Positions 21,087 to 30,731 of a stretch of 64,000 nucleotides of DNA are shown here, piece after piece. Within the stretch, counting starts at the first letter, position 1. Each line of letters starts with the position of its first letter. Position numbers and translations under genes: made by a program. Under the pieces are notes generated by a model. That model was not told where the DNA came from and ran no database searches. It saw only the letters and a list, made by a program, of their open reading frames with translations. Source of the DNA: Spirochaetia bacterium. Lineage in GTDB: Bacteria > Spirochaetota > Spirochaetia > UBA9216. Location: NCBI GenBank assembly GCA_963677925.2, contig CAXXYH010000003.1, positions 1,984,001-2,048,000 of the forward strand, read 5' to 3'.

Positions 21087-21116
21087 ATAGTAACAGCAGC
21101 TGCTGTGATATGTCAA
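21087..21116 (-). promoter_or_regulatory. rib operon promoter with a 14-bp palindrome in the spacer
   Basis: TTGACA, 18 bp, TACTAT (TG extension). Perfect palindrome ACAGCAGCTGCTGT at 21093-21106. Confidence 0.6.
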
Positions 21117-21136
21117 TGGAGCTTTTTGTAAAAAAG

Positions 21137-22009
21137 CTAAACTGCTGCTGTTGCAACTTCATCAACAGCGGACCAGTTGCCGGGGATTCTGAACTTTCTT
21201 ACAAGCTCTTTCCTGAAAGAAATATTCCCTTCCGGAGAAACCATATCCGCATTATCAGCCATAGATGTTATCTGCTCTATCAGCTCCGTGAACGATTCAA
21301 AACGGCTGTTAACTGTTTCTTTAACTTCCGCCGAATCAATGCCCGCTGCCGCCGAGTACCGGTAAATGAAACTGAGCCTAATACAGTTAAGAACCCTGTC
21401 TATCCTTTTTGACGGTTCATCCATATTCCTAAGCCCTTCAAGAACATCCCGCATCCGCTTCTCTTCCCCGGACTTCCAGCTGTAGCCGGCTTCATCAAAA
21501 AGAGCATAGAGCGGCGGTATCATCAGCTCAAGATTAAGAAAACTTTCAAGCTCATGGAAATGGCGGTCTTCATTGCGAAGCTTTTTAAATCCCCGGGCAC
21601 GCAGAAGCCAGCGGCCAATCTGTCTTGCAATGCCGTCCCATTCAATCTTATCCGGATGCTTAACCGGATCAAATTCCGGACCCGGAACAGTGCCGGTCCG
21701 GAGCATTTCCGAAATCTCGGTTATAAGCTCACCGCTGTAGCCGGATTCAGCTATCCTTTTATCATAGTAAAGCTCCATGGGGTCGCACCAGATCATCATC
21801 ACCAGACTGCCGTCTTTGCTTGTAAGGACGGTCTCAGTCAGGATTCCCCGGCTGACAGGACTGGCATTATCACGACGGTTACCAAGCATTACTGGAACGG
21901 CAGAGCCGAAGCGTACAGCAGAGGCATCAGCCCAAAGCTCAAGCAGCCCTGCTAAAAGTCCGCCTGAGGCTTCTATTATCTGTTTTTGATTGAGAGTTTC
22001 TGTTTGCAT
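21137..22009 (-). CDS. Hypothetical protein
   Basis: 290-aa ORF with no recognised motif. ATG at 22009 lies 6 nt after TATTAT; the track's TTG at 22045 coincides with a -35 TTGCAC. Confidence 0.7.
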   Translation of the reverse strand: MQTETLNQKQIIEASGGLLAGLLELWADASAVRFGSAVPVMLGNRRDNASPVSRGILTETVLTSKDGSLVMMIWCDPMELYYDKRIAESGYSGELITEISEMLRTGTVPGPEFDPVKHPDKIEWDGIARQIGRWLLRARGFKKLRNEDRHFHELESFLNLELMIPPLYALFDEAGYSWKSGEEKRMRDVLEGLRNMDEPSKRIDRVLNCIRLSFIYRYSAAAGIDSAEVKETVNSRFESFTELIEQITSMADNADMVSPEGNISFRKELVRKFRIPGNWSAVDEVATAAV

Positions 22010-22065
22010 GTTCGAATAATAACCGGATATGGATTTTATGTGCAAGCATAGATATAATGACTTCC

Positions 22066-22899
22066 ATGGCTGAAATCCTTATCGGCACATCCGGCTACTA
22101 TTACCCCGACTGGAAGGGCGTATTCTACCCTGAGACCCTCAGGAAGGATGAATACCTTGGCTTTTACAGCGAACGCTTTCCGATCTGCGAACTCAACTAT
22201 TCCTATTACCGGATGCCTGAACGCAGTCAGATTCTCAGCTTCATAACCCAGACTCCTGAAACCTTCCGTTTTTCGGTCAAAGCCTTCCAGAGCCTGACTC
22301 ACGGCAGGGGAAAAGGCTGGCAGCAGGATGCTGAAACCTTCTATCACGCGCTTACACCGATGAAGGAAAAGGAACGGCTGGCCTCTGTACTCATTCAGTT
22401 CCCATTCAGCTTTCATCACAACCGCACAAACAGACTATACCTATCAGAACTGACCGGAATACTCTCCGGACTGCCGCTGTGCATTGAGTTCCGCAACAGT
22501 GAATGGATGCTTGAAAAAGTGTACCATGATTTTTCGGCAAGAAATATCTGCTTTGTGCAGACAGATCTCCCTCTGCTTGACAAGCTGCCGCTTCCTACAT
22601 CGGTAACAACTTCAGATACCGGCTACATCCGCTTTCACGGACGGAATGCCGACAACTGGTGGGGCGGAGACAGCACCAGCCGTTATGATTACCTCTACAA
22701 CGACCATGAACTCCAGTCCTGGTTATGCCGGATTGAGGAAATAGCCTCAAGAGTCAACAGACTTCTAATCACCTTCAATAACCATCACAAGGGCAAGGCG
22801 ATTCAGAATGCAGCCGGGATTTACAACCTTCTGACGGGAAAGCCCCAGATTACAGATAAGGGCCTGCAGGGAATCAGAATGGAAGCCTTTACACTGTGA
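22066..22899 (+). CDS. DUF72 (YecE) family protein
   Basis: IGTSGYYYPDWKGVFYP, ELNYSYY, FSVKA, QFPFSF, EFRN, YIRFHGRN, YDYLY, FNNH. ATG at 22066 lies 7 nt after TATAAT. Confidence 0.92.
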   Translation: MAEILIGTSGYYYPDWKGVFYPETLRKDEYLGFYSERFPICELNYSYYRMPERSQILSFITQTPETFRFSVKAFQSLTHGRGKGWQQDAETFYHALTPMKEKERLASVLIQFPFSFHHNRTNRLYLSELTGILSGLPLCIEFRNSEWMLEKVYHDFSARNICFVQTDLPLLDKLPLPTSVTTSDTGYIRFHGRNADNWWGGDSTSRYDYLYNDHELQSWLCRIEEIASRVNRLLITFNNHHKGKAIQNAAGIYNLLTGKPQITDKGLQGIRMEAFTL

Positions 22900-22953
22900 A
22901 TTCACCGGACTTGATATAAGATATCTGATAGATAATAATTAGGACTGTCAGGG

Positions 22954-24027
22954 ATGAAAGTAAATCGAATAGAGAATCATAAGTCGGTAACAACCAACCT
23001 CCTCATCGTATCATCAATTATGCTTTTTATCCTTATCGTCACAAGTGTTCTTATTTTCAGTATTTCAAGACAGATTGGTTATTTTTCAACAATGCTCAAT
23101 GAAACAGGAAGGATAAGGGGAGGGATCCAGAGGCTGGTTAAGGATGAAATATATAAATTGGATTCGGATGATCAGATAAACGGCATCGAAAACAAAATTA
23201 ATATCCTAAAAAAGACCGAAACGGTAATTATCAGCTCAAGGCATAAAAATCAGATTCAAAAATACACTATTGAGATCGAAAGACTGTGGTACAGACTTCT
23301 ACAGGCCATAATTATTCACCGGACATCTCAGGCCCCTAATGAAACACTTTATGAAATCAGTGAAGAACTCTGGGACCTCTGCGACAAGCTTGTAACAGCT
23401 GTTGAAGAAACCTCTCTGACTTATACCAGGCTGATTATCGGGCTGTTTTATATCTCATCAGGCTCACTTGCGGCAATGATTATTGTATTTGTTCTGGCTA
23501 AAATTTTTGTGAGAGATCGGATAGAATACAATGCCGACCACGATCACCTGACAGGACTCTGGAACAGGCAGTTTTTTACAAAGGTGATAAACCGGGAGAT
23601 AGAACTGGCAAAAAGGTACAACAGAAAATTCTACCTGATGATATTCGATCTGGATCACTTCAAAAAAATCAATGACAAGCTGGGCCACACAGTCGGTGAC
23701 CAGGTACTGAAGTCTGTTGCAGAGGTAATGGTTAGTGAGAGCAGGAGTTCAGATCTGGTAGCGCGTTACGGCGGGGAAGAATTCCTTATCCTGGCAAACG
23801 CTGAAGACTGCACAGGGGTTTCTGTTTATACAGAAAAGCTCCGGAAGAGTATTGAGAAAATCAGTATTACCGGAGCTGTCGTAACTGCAAGTATAGGGGT
23901 TTCGTGCTATAAAACCGGTGATGATTTTGAATCGGTTTTCACACGGGCCGACGAGGCACTGTATGAAGCAAAAGAATCCGGCAGAAATAAAGTCGTTATT
24001 GCAGACTATGCAGACGGATCAGAGTGA
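22954..24027 (+). CDS. Membrane-anchored diguanylate cyclase
   Basis: Two TM segments flank a periplasmic domain. DHLTGLWNR, DLDHFKKIND..GH..GD, I-site RSSD and RYGGEEF. Confidence 0.92.
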   Translation: MKVNRIENHKSVTTNLLIVSSIMLFILIVTSVLIFSISRQIGYFSTMLNETGRIRGGIQRLVKDEIYKLDSDDQINGIENKINILKKTETVIISSRHKNQIQKYTIEIERLWYRLLQAIIIHRTSQAPNETLYEISEELWDLCDKLVTAVEETSLTYTRLIIGLFYISSGSLAAMIIVFVLAKIFVRDRIEYNADHDHLTGLWNRQFFTKVINREIELAKRYNRKFYLMIFDLDHFKKINDKLGHTVGDQVLKSVAEVMVSESRSSDLVARYGGEEFLILANAEDCTGVSVYTEKLRKSIEKISITGAVVTASIGVSCYKTGDDFESVFTRADEALYEAKESGRNKVVIADYADGSE

Positions 24028-27000
24028 AGTAAGGAAGTTCTTCTTTTCTGCAATCTGCATTTTTTCAATTCGCTCAATGAATACCTGCGCAGTACTGTCA
24101 TCAGGATTGAGTTCCATTACCCTCTGAAGCAGAGCCAGAGCCCCGTCAAAATCCTTCAGTGAAAATTTCATAATAGCCTGTTCAAAATCAGTCTTCGTGT
24201 TGTTCTTCAGCTGCCTCAGTTCCTCGGTATCGGCGTCAAATATTTCAAAAAGCGCTACAGCCTGGTCTTTACCCTTTACCCGTACACGGCCTAGAAAGCG
24301 GAAGTTATGATTCATCATATCATCAATTTTCATGAAGCTTTCCTGACTGATTACAACATTAGCCTTGTAGAGCTTGGTTACATCCTGTATACGGCTGGCC
24401 AGGTTTACAGCATCCGAGATAACAGTTCCCTGCATTCTGGTTTCATCTCCGATAATACCGAGAATCATGTTGCCGGTATGGATGCCTACACCGATATTGA
24501 TGGCACGGTAACCGACATTGGCACGATGTCCGTTGTAAACGGCGACATGTTCGATCATCTGATTTGCAGCCCTGATTGCGTCCTCGGGACTGTTGGGAAA
24601 AAGGGCCATGATGGCATCACCGATATACTTATCAACAAAGCCTCCGTTATTAGTGATCATCGGGCTGAACCGGCTGAGGTAGGAGTTGATAAATTTGAAG
24701 TTTTCCTCCGGAGTCATGTTTTCAGACAGATTTGTAAATGCACGGATATCAACAAAGAGAATCGTCATCTCCTTCTGGACCTGATCACCGAGTTCTACAT
24801 CTACTATATTATGTGAGCCCAGCGAACGCAGAAACTCGGTAGGAACGAAGCGGCTGTACACCGTGCTGATTCTTGAAAGCTGGAGATGGGTATTTACCCT
24901 TGTCAGGAATTCCTCCTGAATGTACGGGCGTGAGAGGAAGTCATTGGCCCCGGAGGTAAGCCCTTCCATCATTTCACTCATGTCTTCCTTATTCATAACA
25001 AGAATTACCGGCAGTGCATCTTTTGAATATACGGTTCTTATTTCGCTGCAGACATCGTATCCGCTCATATCCGTAAGCTTCACGTTAACAATTACCAGAT
25101 TAGGCGGGTCGCTTTTTATGCGGGACAAAGCATCCCTGCCGCTGAACATCGGAATGACAGTATAATTCATCGAGGCCAGCTGGCTTTTCATAATCTGAAG
25201 CTCTTCCACATCTTTTCCGATAAGAAGCACTTCAATATCCCTGTCAGATGTAACCTCATCAAATACGGGCTGCAGATTTATGAGTGCGTCCATCTCAAGG
25301 TACTCCTCTTCACTTAGAGGCTCCTCACCTGCCCATTTTTCAAGTTTCAGGCTGAAAAGAACAGAACCATCCTCCTGCTTTTCAACATTCACCCTGCTGG
25401 AATGCATCTCTGCCAGAATATATGCGATAGCGAGACTCATCTCACCCATATCCTCACTCTCATTGTCTTTAGCCAATGAGATTTCTACATTCAGAAGCTG
25501 CATTATGGCATCCTCGGCCATAGTGCAGCCTTCGGTCTTAATCCTGAGTTCAGCCTGACTGTCGGTAAAATCTGCCGAAATGGTTATACTTCCGCTGGTA
25601 AGATGCCTGATACAGGTTGTGATAATATTATAGAGAATCTGCTCAATACGCCGTTCATCTCCGTAGGCAAATGGGGCCTCTCTGTTAATTTCACTTACCA
25701 GGGTGAGATCCCGAACTGCAACCAGGGCGTCACAGCTGCTTATTACCTTTCTGGAAACCTTGAACAGATCCACAGAGCCGAAATTGAGTTTAACCGTTTT
25801 TTCCTTGATTACAGTAAAGTCTACAAGATCGTTGACCATATTTGAAAGCCTGATGCCGTTTGAGACGATAAGAGAGGATGTTGCTATCTGCTCGGAATTA
25901 AGCGGACCGATCGAACCGCGAAGCAGGCTCTCCCCCAGCTCAACTATATTATGTATTGGTTTGGCAAGTTCATCGGAATTCTTTGAAAAGAAGAGATCTT
26001 TCTGCTTTGTCACAGCTGCAAGCTGCATATGCAGAGTTTCAAATTCTCTCAGATCGGTAAATCCGTCAGCTATGACCTTGTAGGTCTGTGGAAGGATGAA
26101 GAGAAATACCCCTGCCCAGATCAGTTTTATCGAATGTATCAGACCAAGCAGAATAAATCCGTCATTCAGCATAACAAGAAAAAAGAGAGAGAAACTCAAA
26201 AGCGACATTTTGCTGAATTTGCGGCGGGCAGCGACAGCTCTTATGATGAAGACAAGCAGAAGCAGAAACGCTGCAACCTGCACCGCAAGAAAAATCCTGG
26301 CTGCGTATACAGTAATCCATAAAGGCGCCGCCGCCATAACCAGGACAAAGGGGATGGCCGCAGCCTGAAGAATTACAACAAACCACTTCGGAACTTCGGA
26401 ACTGAAAAGCGAACGGAAATAGTTTGCAAGCATGGGGACCGAGAATATCAGAAAAATAATCTCAAGCCTGAAAACCAGTCCGAAAGGAATCTGCGGAATT
26501 ATAGCCGTAAGCAGCATTCTGCCGGTTGTAAGAACATACAGTGCGTAGAAAAAGCAGAATAGAGAGAAGAACATGCTGTAATCCCTGTTCTTCTGGTAAA
26601 ACTGATTGATAAAATGCATTACGGCAAAGGCCAGCATCATAAAGAACATCAGTGAATCAAGAATCTTGCCGAAGCGTTCCCTTTTTACAATATCACCGAA
26701 GCTGCCCAGTTCAACCCAGTTAAGCATGCTGCCGCCGTAGTAGTGTGAAAAGTTTGAGACCTGGATCAGGATTCCGACCTTTGAGGAGCTGGTCTGGAAT
26801 GGAATAATCATTGTATCGGTTGAAGCCGTTTCACCGGAGTAAGTTTCTGAAGGGGAACCGGCTCCCCCGGCATAAATACCATTTATGTAAACCGAAAAAG
26901 CCGAATAAACAGGATTAATAAGAAGCGCCGGATTCTCACAGGACTCATCTATATCAAGAATAAGATAAAGACTTCCGGAGCCTGAAGGAAAAACCTTAGG

Positions 27001-27249
27001 TGCAATTGTACCGGTAACACTGCTGAATCTGACAGCAGCATCTTCAGGTGCGACAAGCTCATCCTTTACAAACAGCCACCGGCTGTCCAGAGATACGGTT
27101 TTGCCCTCAGGAACTCTGACTGTGTTGCTTCCCGCCGGAAAACTGCCTAGCGAAACCGTACTCTGCACAATATTAAAGCCCAGAAAAGCGACAAGAAGTC
27201 CGCATCCGGCAATCATTAACCCGAAAAATATATTTTTAATCCTGATCAT
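24019..27249 (-). CDS. 7TM-DISM sensor / degenerate His-kinase / pseudo-receiver / class III adenylate cyclase
   Basis: Extracellular beta domain and about 7 TM segments. Intact cyclase motifs FVDIRAFT, DKYIGD, GIHTG, GTVISDAVNLASR and VKGK. C-terminal TPR-like helix pair. Confidence 0.88.
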   Translation of the reverse strand: MIRIKNIFFGLMIAGCGLLVAFLGFNIVQSTVSLGSFPAGSNTVRVPEGKTVSLDSRWLFVKDELVAPEDAAVRFSSVTGTIAPKVFPSGSGSLYLILDIDESCENPALLINPVYSAFSVYINGIYAGGAGSPSETYSGETASTDTMIIPFQTSSSKVGILIQVSNFSHYYGGSMLNWVELGSFGDIVKRERFGKILDSLMFFMMLAFAVMHFINQFYQKNRDYSMFFSLFCFFYALYVLTTGRMLLTAIIPQIPFGLVFRLEIIFLIFSVPMLANYFRSLFSSEVPKWFVVILQAAAIPFVLVMAAAPLWITVYAARIFLAVQVAAFLLLLVFIIRAVAARRKFSKMSLLSFSLFFLVMLNDGFILLGLIHSIKLIWAGVFLFILPQTYKVIADGFTDLREFETLHMQLAAVTKQKDLFFSKNSDELAKPIHNIVELGESLLRGSIGPLNSEQIATSSLIVSNGIRLSNMVNDLVDFTVIKEKTVKLNFGSVDLFKVSRKVISSCDALVAVRDLTLVSEINREAPFAYGDERRIEQILYNIITTCIRHLTSGSITISADFTDSQAELRIKTEGCTMAEDAIMQLLNVEISLAKDNESEDMGEMSLAIAYILAEMHSSRVNVEKQEDGSVLFSLKLEKWAGEEPLSEEEYLEMDALINLQPVFDEVTSDRDIEVLLIGKDVEELQIMKSQLASMNYTVIPMFSGRDALSRIKSDPPNLVIVNVKLTDMSGYDVCSEIRTVYSKDALPVILVMNKEDMSEMMEGLTSGANDFLSRPYIQEEFLTRVNTHLQLSRISTVYSRFVPTEFLRSLGSHNIVDVELGDQVQKEMTILFVDIRAFTNLSENMTPEENFKFINSYLSRFSPMITNNGGFVDKYIGDAIMALFPNSPEDAIRAANQMIEHVAVYNGHRANVGYRAINIGVGIHTGNMILGIIGDETRMQGTVISDAVNLASRIQDVTKLYKANVVISQESFMKIDDMMNHNFRFLGRVRVKGKDQAVALFEIFDADTEELRQLKNNTKTDFEQAIMKFSLKDFDGALALLQRVMELNPDDSTAQVFIERIEKMQIAEKKNFLTSL

Positions 27250-27348
27250 TTCTTCCTCTGATTATATTCTCGAAAGATAGTGCTTTGCACTTGAAAAGTT
27301 ATTTTCAGTTCATTATTCTGACTTCCATCCTCAAACACGGAGATTTAC

Positions 27349-27864
27349 ATGTCAGAACCCCAGAAGATCTATTATACGTATAATCAGATACATAAAACAA
27401 TAAAGAACCTGGCTGAAGAGATAATTGAATCAGGATACGACCCTGATCTTATTGTTGCAATAGGAACCGGCGGTTTTATACCGGCCCGTATCATAAAAAC
27501 CTTCATTACAAAACCCATTCTGACAGTAGGCCTTTCGCTTTACGACAAAAATAATCAGCCCAAGGCTGCTCCTGAAAAAATTCAGTGGATCGATGAAGTC
27601 GAAAAAAAGCTTAAGGGAAAAAAGATTCTTCTTGTTGATGAGGTTGATGACTCACGGACCACCCTGGAATACTGTCTGAGAGAACTTCTGAGCGACGACC
27701 CCTCCGAAATAGCCGTAGCCGTACTTCACAACAAACTGAAGGAGAAGCGCGGAATCATACCTGAAGAAATAAAGCGCTACTACGTCGGGGAGGAAATCGA
27801 GGATAAGTGGATCTGCTATCCCTGGGACGCCGTGGATATTGAGAGCCATGGAGCGGCAAAATAG
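27349..27864 (+). CDS. Purine (xanthine/hypoxanthine/guanine) phosphoribosyltransferase
   Basis: AIGTGGFIPAR, PRPP-binding LLVDEVDDSRTTL, WICYPW. Upstream promoter TTGAAA-17-TATTCT at 27291-27319. Confidence 0.85.
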   Translation: MSEPQKIYYTYNQIHKTIKNLAEEIIESGYDPDLIVAIGTGGFIPARIIKTFITKPILTVGLSLYDKNNQPKAAPEKIQWIDEVEKKLKGKKILLVDEVDDSRTTLEYCLRELLSDDPSEIAVAVLHNKLKEKRGIIPEEIKRYYVGEEIEDKWICYPWDAVDIESHGAAK

Positions 27865-27969
27865 CGAGTTTCCGCTCATTCTATTGCCATTTTCGATTTA
27901 CCCGAGCTTGATTTATTGACTCCTAAGAAGTAAAATACTTTTTTATTTTTCCTAAAAGGGGTATTTAAA

Positions 27970-29076
27970 ATGAAAAAACACATTTTTCCGCTTCTTATTG
28001 TACTGCTGGTTATGGTTTCAGCAGTTGCTTTTGCCGGAGGTTCAAAGGAAGAACCCGCCGCGTCACCAGAAACACAGCCGTACAAGGTCGGTTTTGTATA
28101 TCTCAGTATTCCGGGAGACCTGGGCTGGACATATGAACACGACCGTGGAAGACTCGGCGCAGTTGAAGCCCTCGGAGACAAGATCGAAACAGTATTTGTT
28201 GAGAACGTTCCTGAAGGACCTGATGCCACCAGAGTTATCCGCCAACTTGCACAGCAGGGATGCCAGATGATCTTCACAGCATCTTTCGGCTACATGGATC
28301 CGACCCTCGAAGTAGCTGAGGAATTTCCTGATGTACTCTTCGAGCACTGCTCAGGATACAAAACCCTGGACAACATGGGGAACTACTTCGGAAGAATTTA
28401 CCAGGCAAGATACTTAAGCGGTATTGCTGCAGGTAAGGCTACAAAGAGCAATATTATCGGTTATGTAGGAGCTTTTCCTATTCCTGAAGTTATCCGCGGA
28501 ATCAACGCTTTCACACTCGGTGTAAAGAAAGTTAATCCGGATGCAGTTGTAAAAGTTGTATGGACCAGCACCTGGTATGATCCCGTTCTTGAAAGAGAAG
28601 CTGCTGTAGCACTTCTTGATTCAGGCGCTGACGTTATCGCCCAGCATCAGGATACAACTGAACCCCAGAAAGCAGCACAGGAAAGAGGCGCCGTATCTGT
28701 AGGCTACCACTCAGACATGGGTAAGTTCGTAGGCGACAGCGTACTTGTAAGTGCAATGTGGGAGTTCTCAACATACTACACCGACAGAATCGAAGCCGGT
28801 ATGAACGGAACATGGACAGCCGATCAGTACTGGGGCGGTCTCAAGGAAGGTGTTGTTAAACTTTCAGACTTCAGCCCGCTTGTAGACGATGCAACAAAGG
28901 CTCTTATTGCCGAAGAAGCAGCAAAGATTGAAACAGGTTCATGGGATGTATTCAACGGACCTGTTAAAGACCAGAGCGGCAGTGTAAAAATTGCAGCCGG
29001 TACAGCACCCTCAGACGGTGACCTGCTTGGAATGAGCTGGTTCGTAGAAGGCGTTGAAGGCAAAATCAGCCAGTAA
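27970..29076 (+). CDS. BMP family ABC substrate-binding protein (purine/nucleoside)
   Basis: Signal peptide with AFAGGSKE, DLGWTYEH, SFGYMD, PIPEVIRGINAF, TWYDP, QHQD. Confidence 0.92.
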   Translation: MKKHIFPLLIVLLVMVSAVAFAGGSKEEPAASPETQPYKVGFVYLSIPGDLGWTYEHDRGRLGAVEALGDKIETVFVENVPEGPDATRVIRQLAQQGCQMIFTASFGYMDPTLEVAEEFPDVLFEHCSGYKTLDNMGNYFGRIYQARYLSGIAAGKATKSNIIGYVGAFPIPEVIRGINAFTLGVKKVNPDAVVKVVWTSTWYDPVLEREAAVALLDSGADVIAQHQDTTEPQKAAQERGAVSVGYHSDMGKFVGDSVLVSAMWEFSTYYTDRIEAGMNGTWTADQYWGGLKEGVVKLSDFSPLVDDATKALIAEEAAKIETGSWDVFNGPVKDQSGSVKIAAGTAPSDGDLLGMSWFVEGVEGKISQ

Positions 29077-29100
29077 AACCACAGTTACTTTTATAATTAC

Positions 29101-29129
29101 GGCACGGGGCTTTCTGTCCCGTGCCTTTC
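29101..29129 (+). terminator. Hairpin after the BMP gene (terminator or mRNA stabiliser)
   Basis: GGCACGGG/CCCGTGCC stem followed by TTT. Confidence 0.55.
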
Positions 29130-29159
29130 AACTACATTTAATGGAAGGCGGAACCCGCG

Positions 29160-30731
29160 TTGATTCCAACAGAAAATCAGAATACAGATAATAAGACCCC
29201 TCATATGATCCTTGAAATGAGAGGGATTACCAAACAGTTTCCCGGAGTACTTGCGAATGATCACGTCGATCTGGAACTGTTCAGCGGAGAAGTACTTGCC
29301 CTGCTTGGTGAAAACGGTGCAGGAAAAAGCTCGCTGATGAATGTCCTGATCGGACTTTACAGACCGGATGAGGGAGAGATCTTCCTGCGTGGAAAGAAGG
29401 TCAATATTTCCTCACCGAAGGACTCGATGGAACTCGGGATCGGAATGGTCCATCAGAACTTTAAACTCGTTGATACAATGAGTGTGATTGAGAATGTAAT
29501 TCTTGGTGATCTTCACCAGAATTTCATCCCCGATCTCAAAGAAGCAGAAAAGCGGATAAAAGAAATTTCCGAACACTATGACCTCAAGGTAAATCCGCGT
29601 GCCCTTGTGGGCAGGCTGAGTGTAGGAGAGCGCCAGAGGGTTGAAATTCTCAAACTGATCTACCGCGGAGCGGATATCCTGATACTCGATGAACCGACAG
29701 CTGTTCTCACTCCCCAGGAATCCGCAGAACTCAATGCTGTAATAAAACAGATGACATCTGAAGGGAAATCAGCCATCTTCATCACTCACAAGATGGAAGA
29801 AGTAATGGAATTCTCCGACTGGGTTAGAGTTCTGCAGAAGGGAAAGCTGATAGCAGTCAAGGAAACAGCACAGACAAACCCGGAAGAACTGGCCCGGCTT
29901 ATGGTCGGAAGGGAAGTTCTTTTCAATATTGATAAAAGACCCTCTGAACCGGGAGACCCGGTGCTGGAACTGAAAAATGTTACAGCTGTAAGCGAGCATG
30001 GAAAAGAAGTTCTGAAGGATATAAATCTGACCATCCGTGAGGGTGAGGTAATGGGGGTAGCCGGAGTTGCAGGAAACGGGCAGGTTGAGCTGACCGAGGC
30101 TGTTACCGGCCTTCGGAATGTATCATCCGGACAGATTATGCTTAACGGCAGCAATCGGACAAACAGACAGCCTCTTGAGCTGATAAAGGCCGGTGTAAGC
30201 CATATACCCTCTGACAGGGTTGCAATGGGAATAGTCGGAGATATGAGCGTTGCAAACAACCTTGTAATGAAGGGCTATAGAAAGCAGCCCATCGTCAGCC
30301 GGGGTGTTATGAGCTCATCAAAAATACTGGATTTTGCCAGAAAAATGATTTCCGCATTCAGCATCACGACCCCGGGACCGCATACACATGTAAAGTTTCT
30401 CTCAGGCGGAAACATACAGAAAACAATTCTGGCCAGAGAGATCGATGCCTGCGGCGGCCTGCTCGTTGCGGCCTACCCTTCCAGGGGACTTGATGTCGGG
30501 GCAACTGAGGCAGTACGGCTTCAGATGGTTAAGCAGAGGGACTGCGGCAAGGCAGTACTTCTGGTATCAGAGGATCTGGAGGAACTTCTCACGGTTTCCG
30601 ACCGGATCGCTGTAATGTTTGAAGGCAGGATAATGGGAATAGTGGACAGCAAAAATGCCGATATAGATAAACTCGGACTGATGATGGCCGGAGTTACCGA
30701 AGAAAATGCAGCAGCCGGGGGCAGTGAATGA
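29160..30731 (+). CDS. Nucleoside/sugar ABC transporter ATP-binding protein, tandem ABC domains
   Basis: GENGAGKS, LSVGERQRVEI, LDEPTAVLTP, LSGGNIQK. The start could be the ATG at 29205. Confidence 0.92.
   Translation: MIPTENQNTDNKTPHMILEMRGITKQFPGVLANDHVDLELFSGEVLALLGENGAGKSSLMNVLIGLYRPDEGEIFLRGKKVNISSPKDSMELGIGMVHQNFKLVDTMSVIENVILGDLHQNFIPDLKEAEKRIKEISEHYDLKVNPRALVGRLSVGERQRVEILKLIYRGADILILDEPTAVLTPQESAELNAVIKQMTSEGKSAIFITHKMEEVMEFSDWVRVLQKGKLIAVKETAQTNPEELARLMVGREVLFNIDKRPSEPGDPVLELKNVTAVSEHGKEVLKDINLTIREGEVMGVAGVAGNGQVELTEAVTGLRNVSSGQIMLNGSNRTNRQPLELIKAGVSHIPSDRVAMGIVGDMSVANNLVMKGYRKQPIVSRGVMSSSKILDFARKMISAFSITTPGPHTHVKFLSGGNIQKTILAREIDACGGLLVAAYPSRGLDVGATEAVRLQMVKQRDCGKAVLLVSEDLEELLTVSDRIAVMFEGRIMGIVDSKNADIDKLGLMMAGVTEENAAAGGSE

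Noticed and set aside
27865-27969. Purine riboswitch upstream of the BMP operon
   Set aside because: No aptamer consensus. The region is explained by a promoter (TTGATT-17-TAAAAT) with a short leader.
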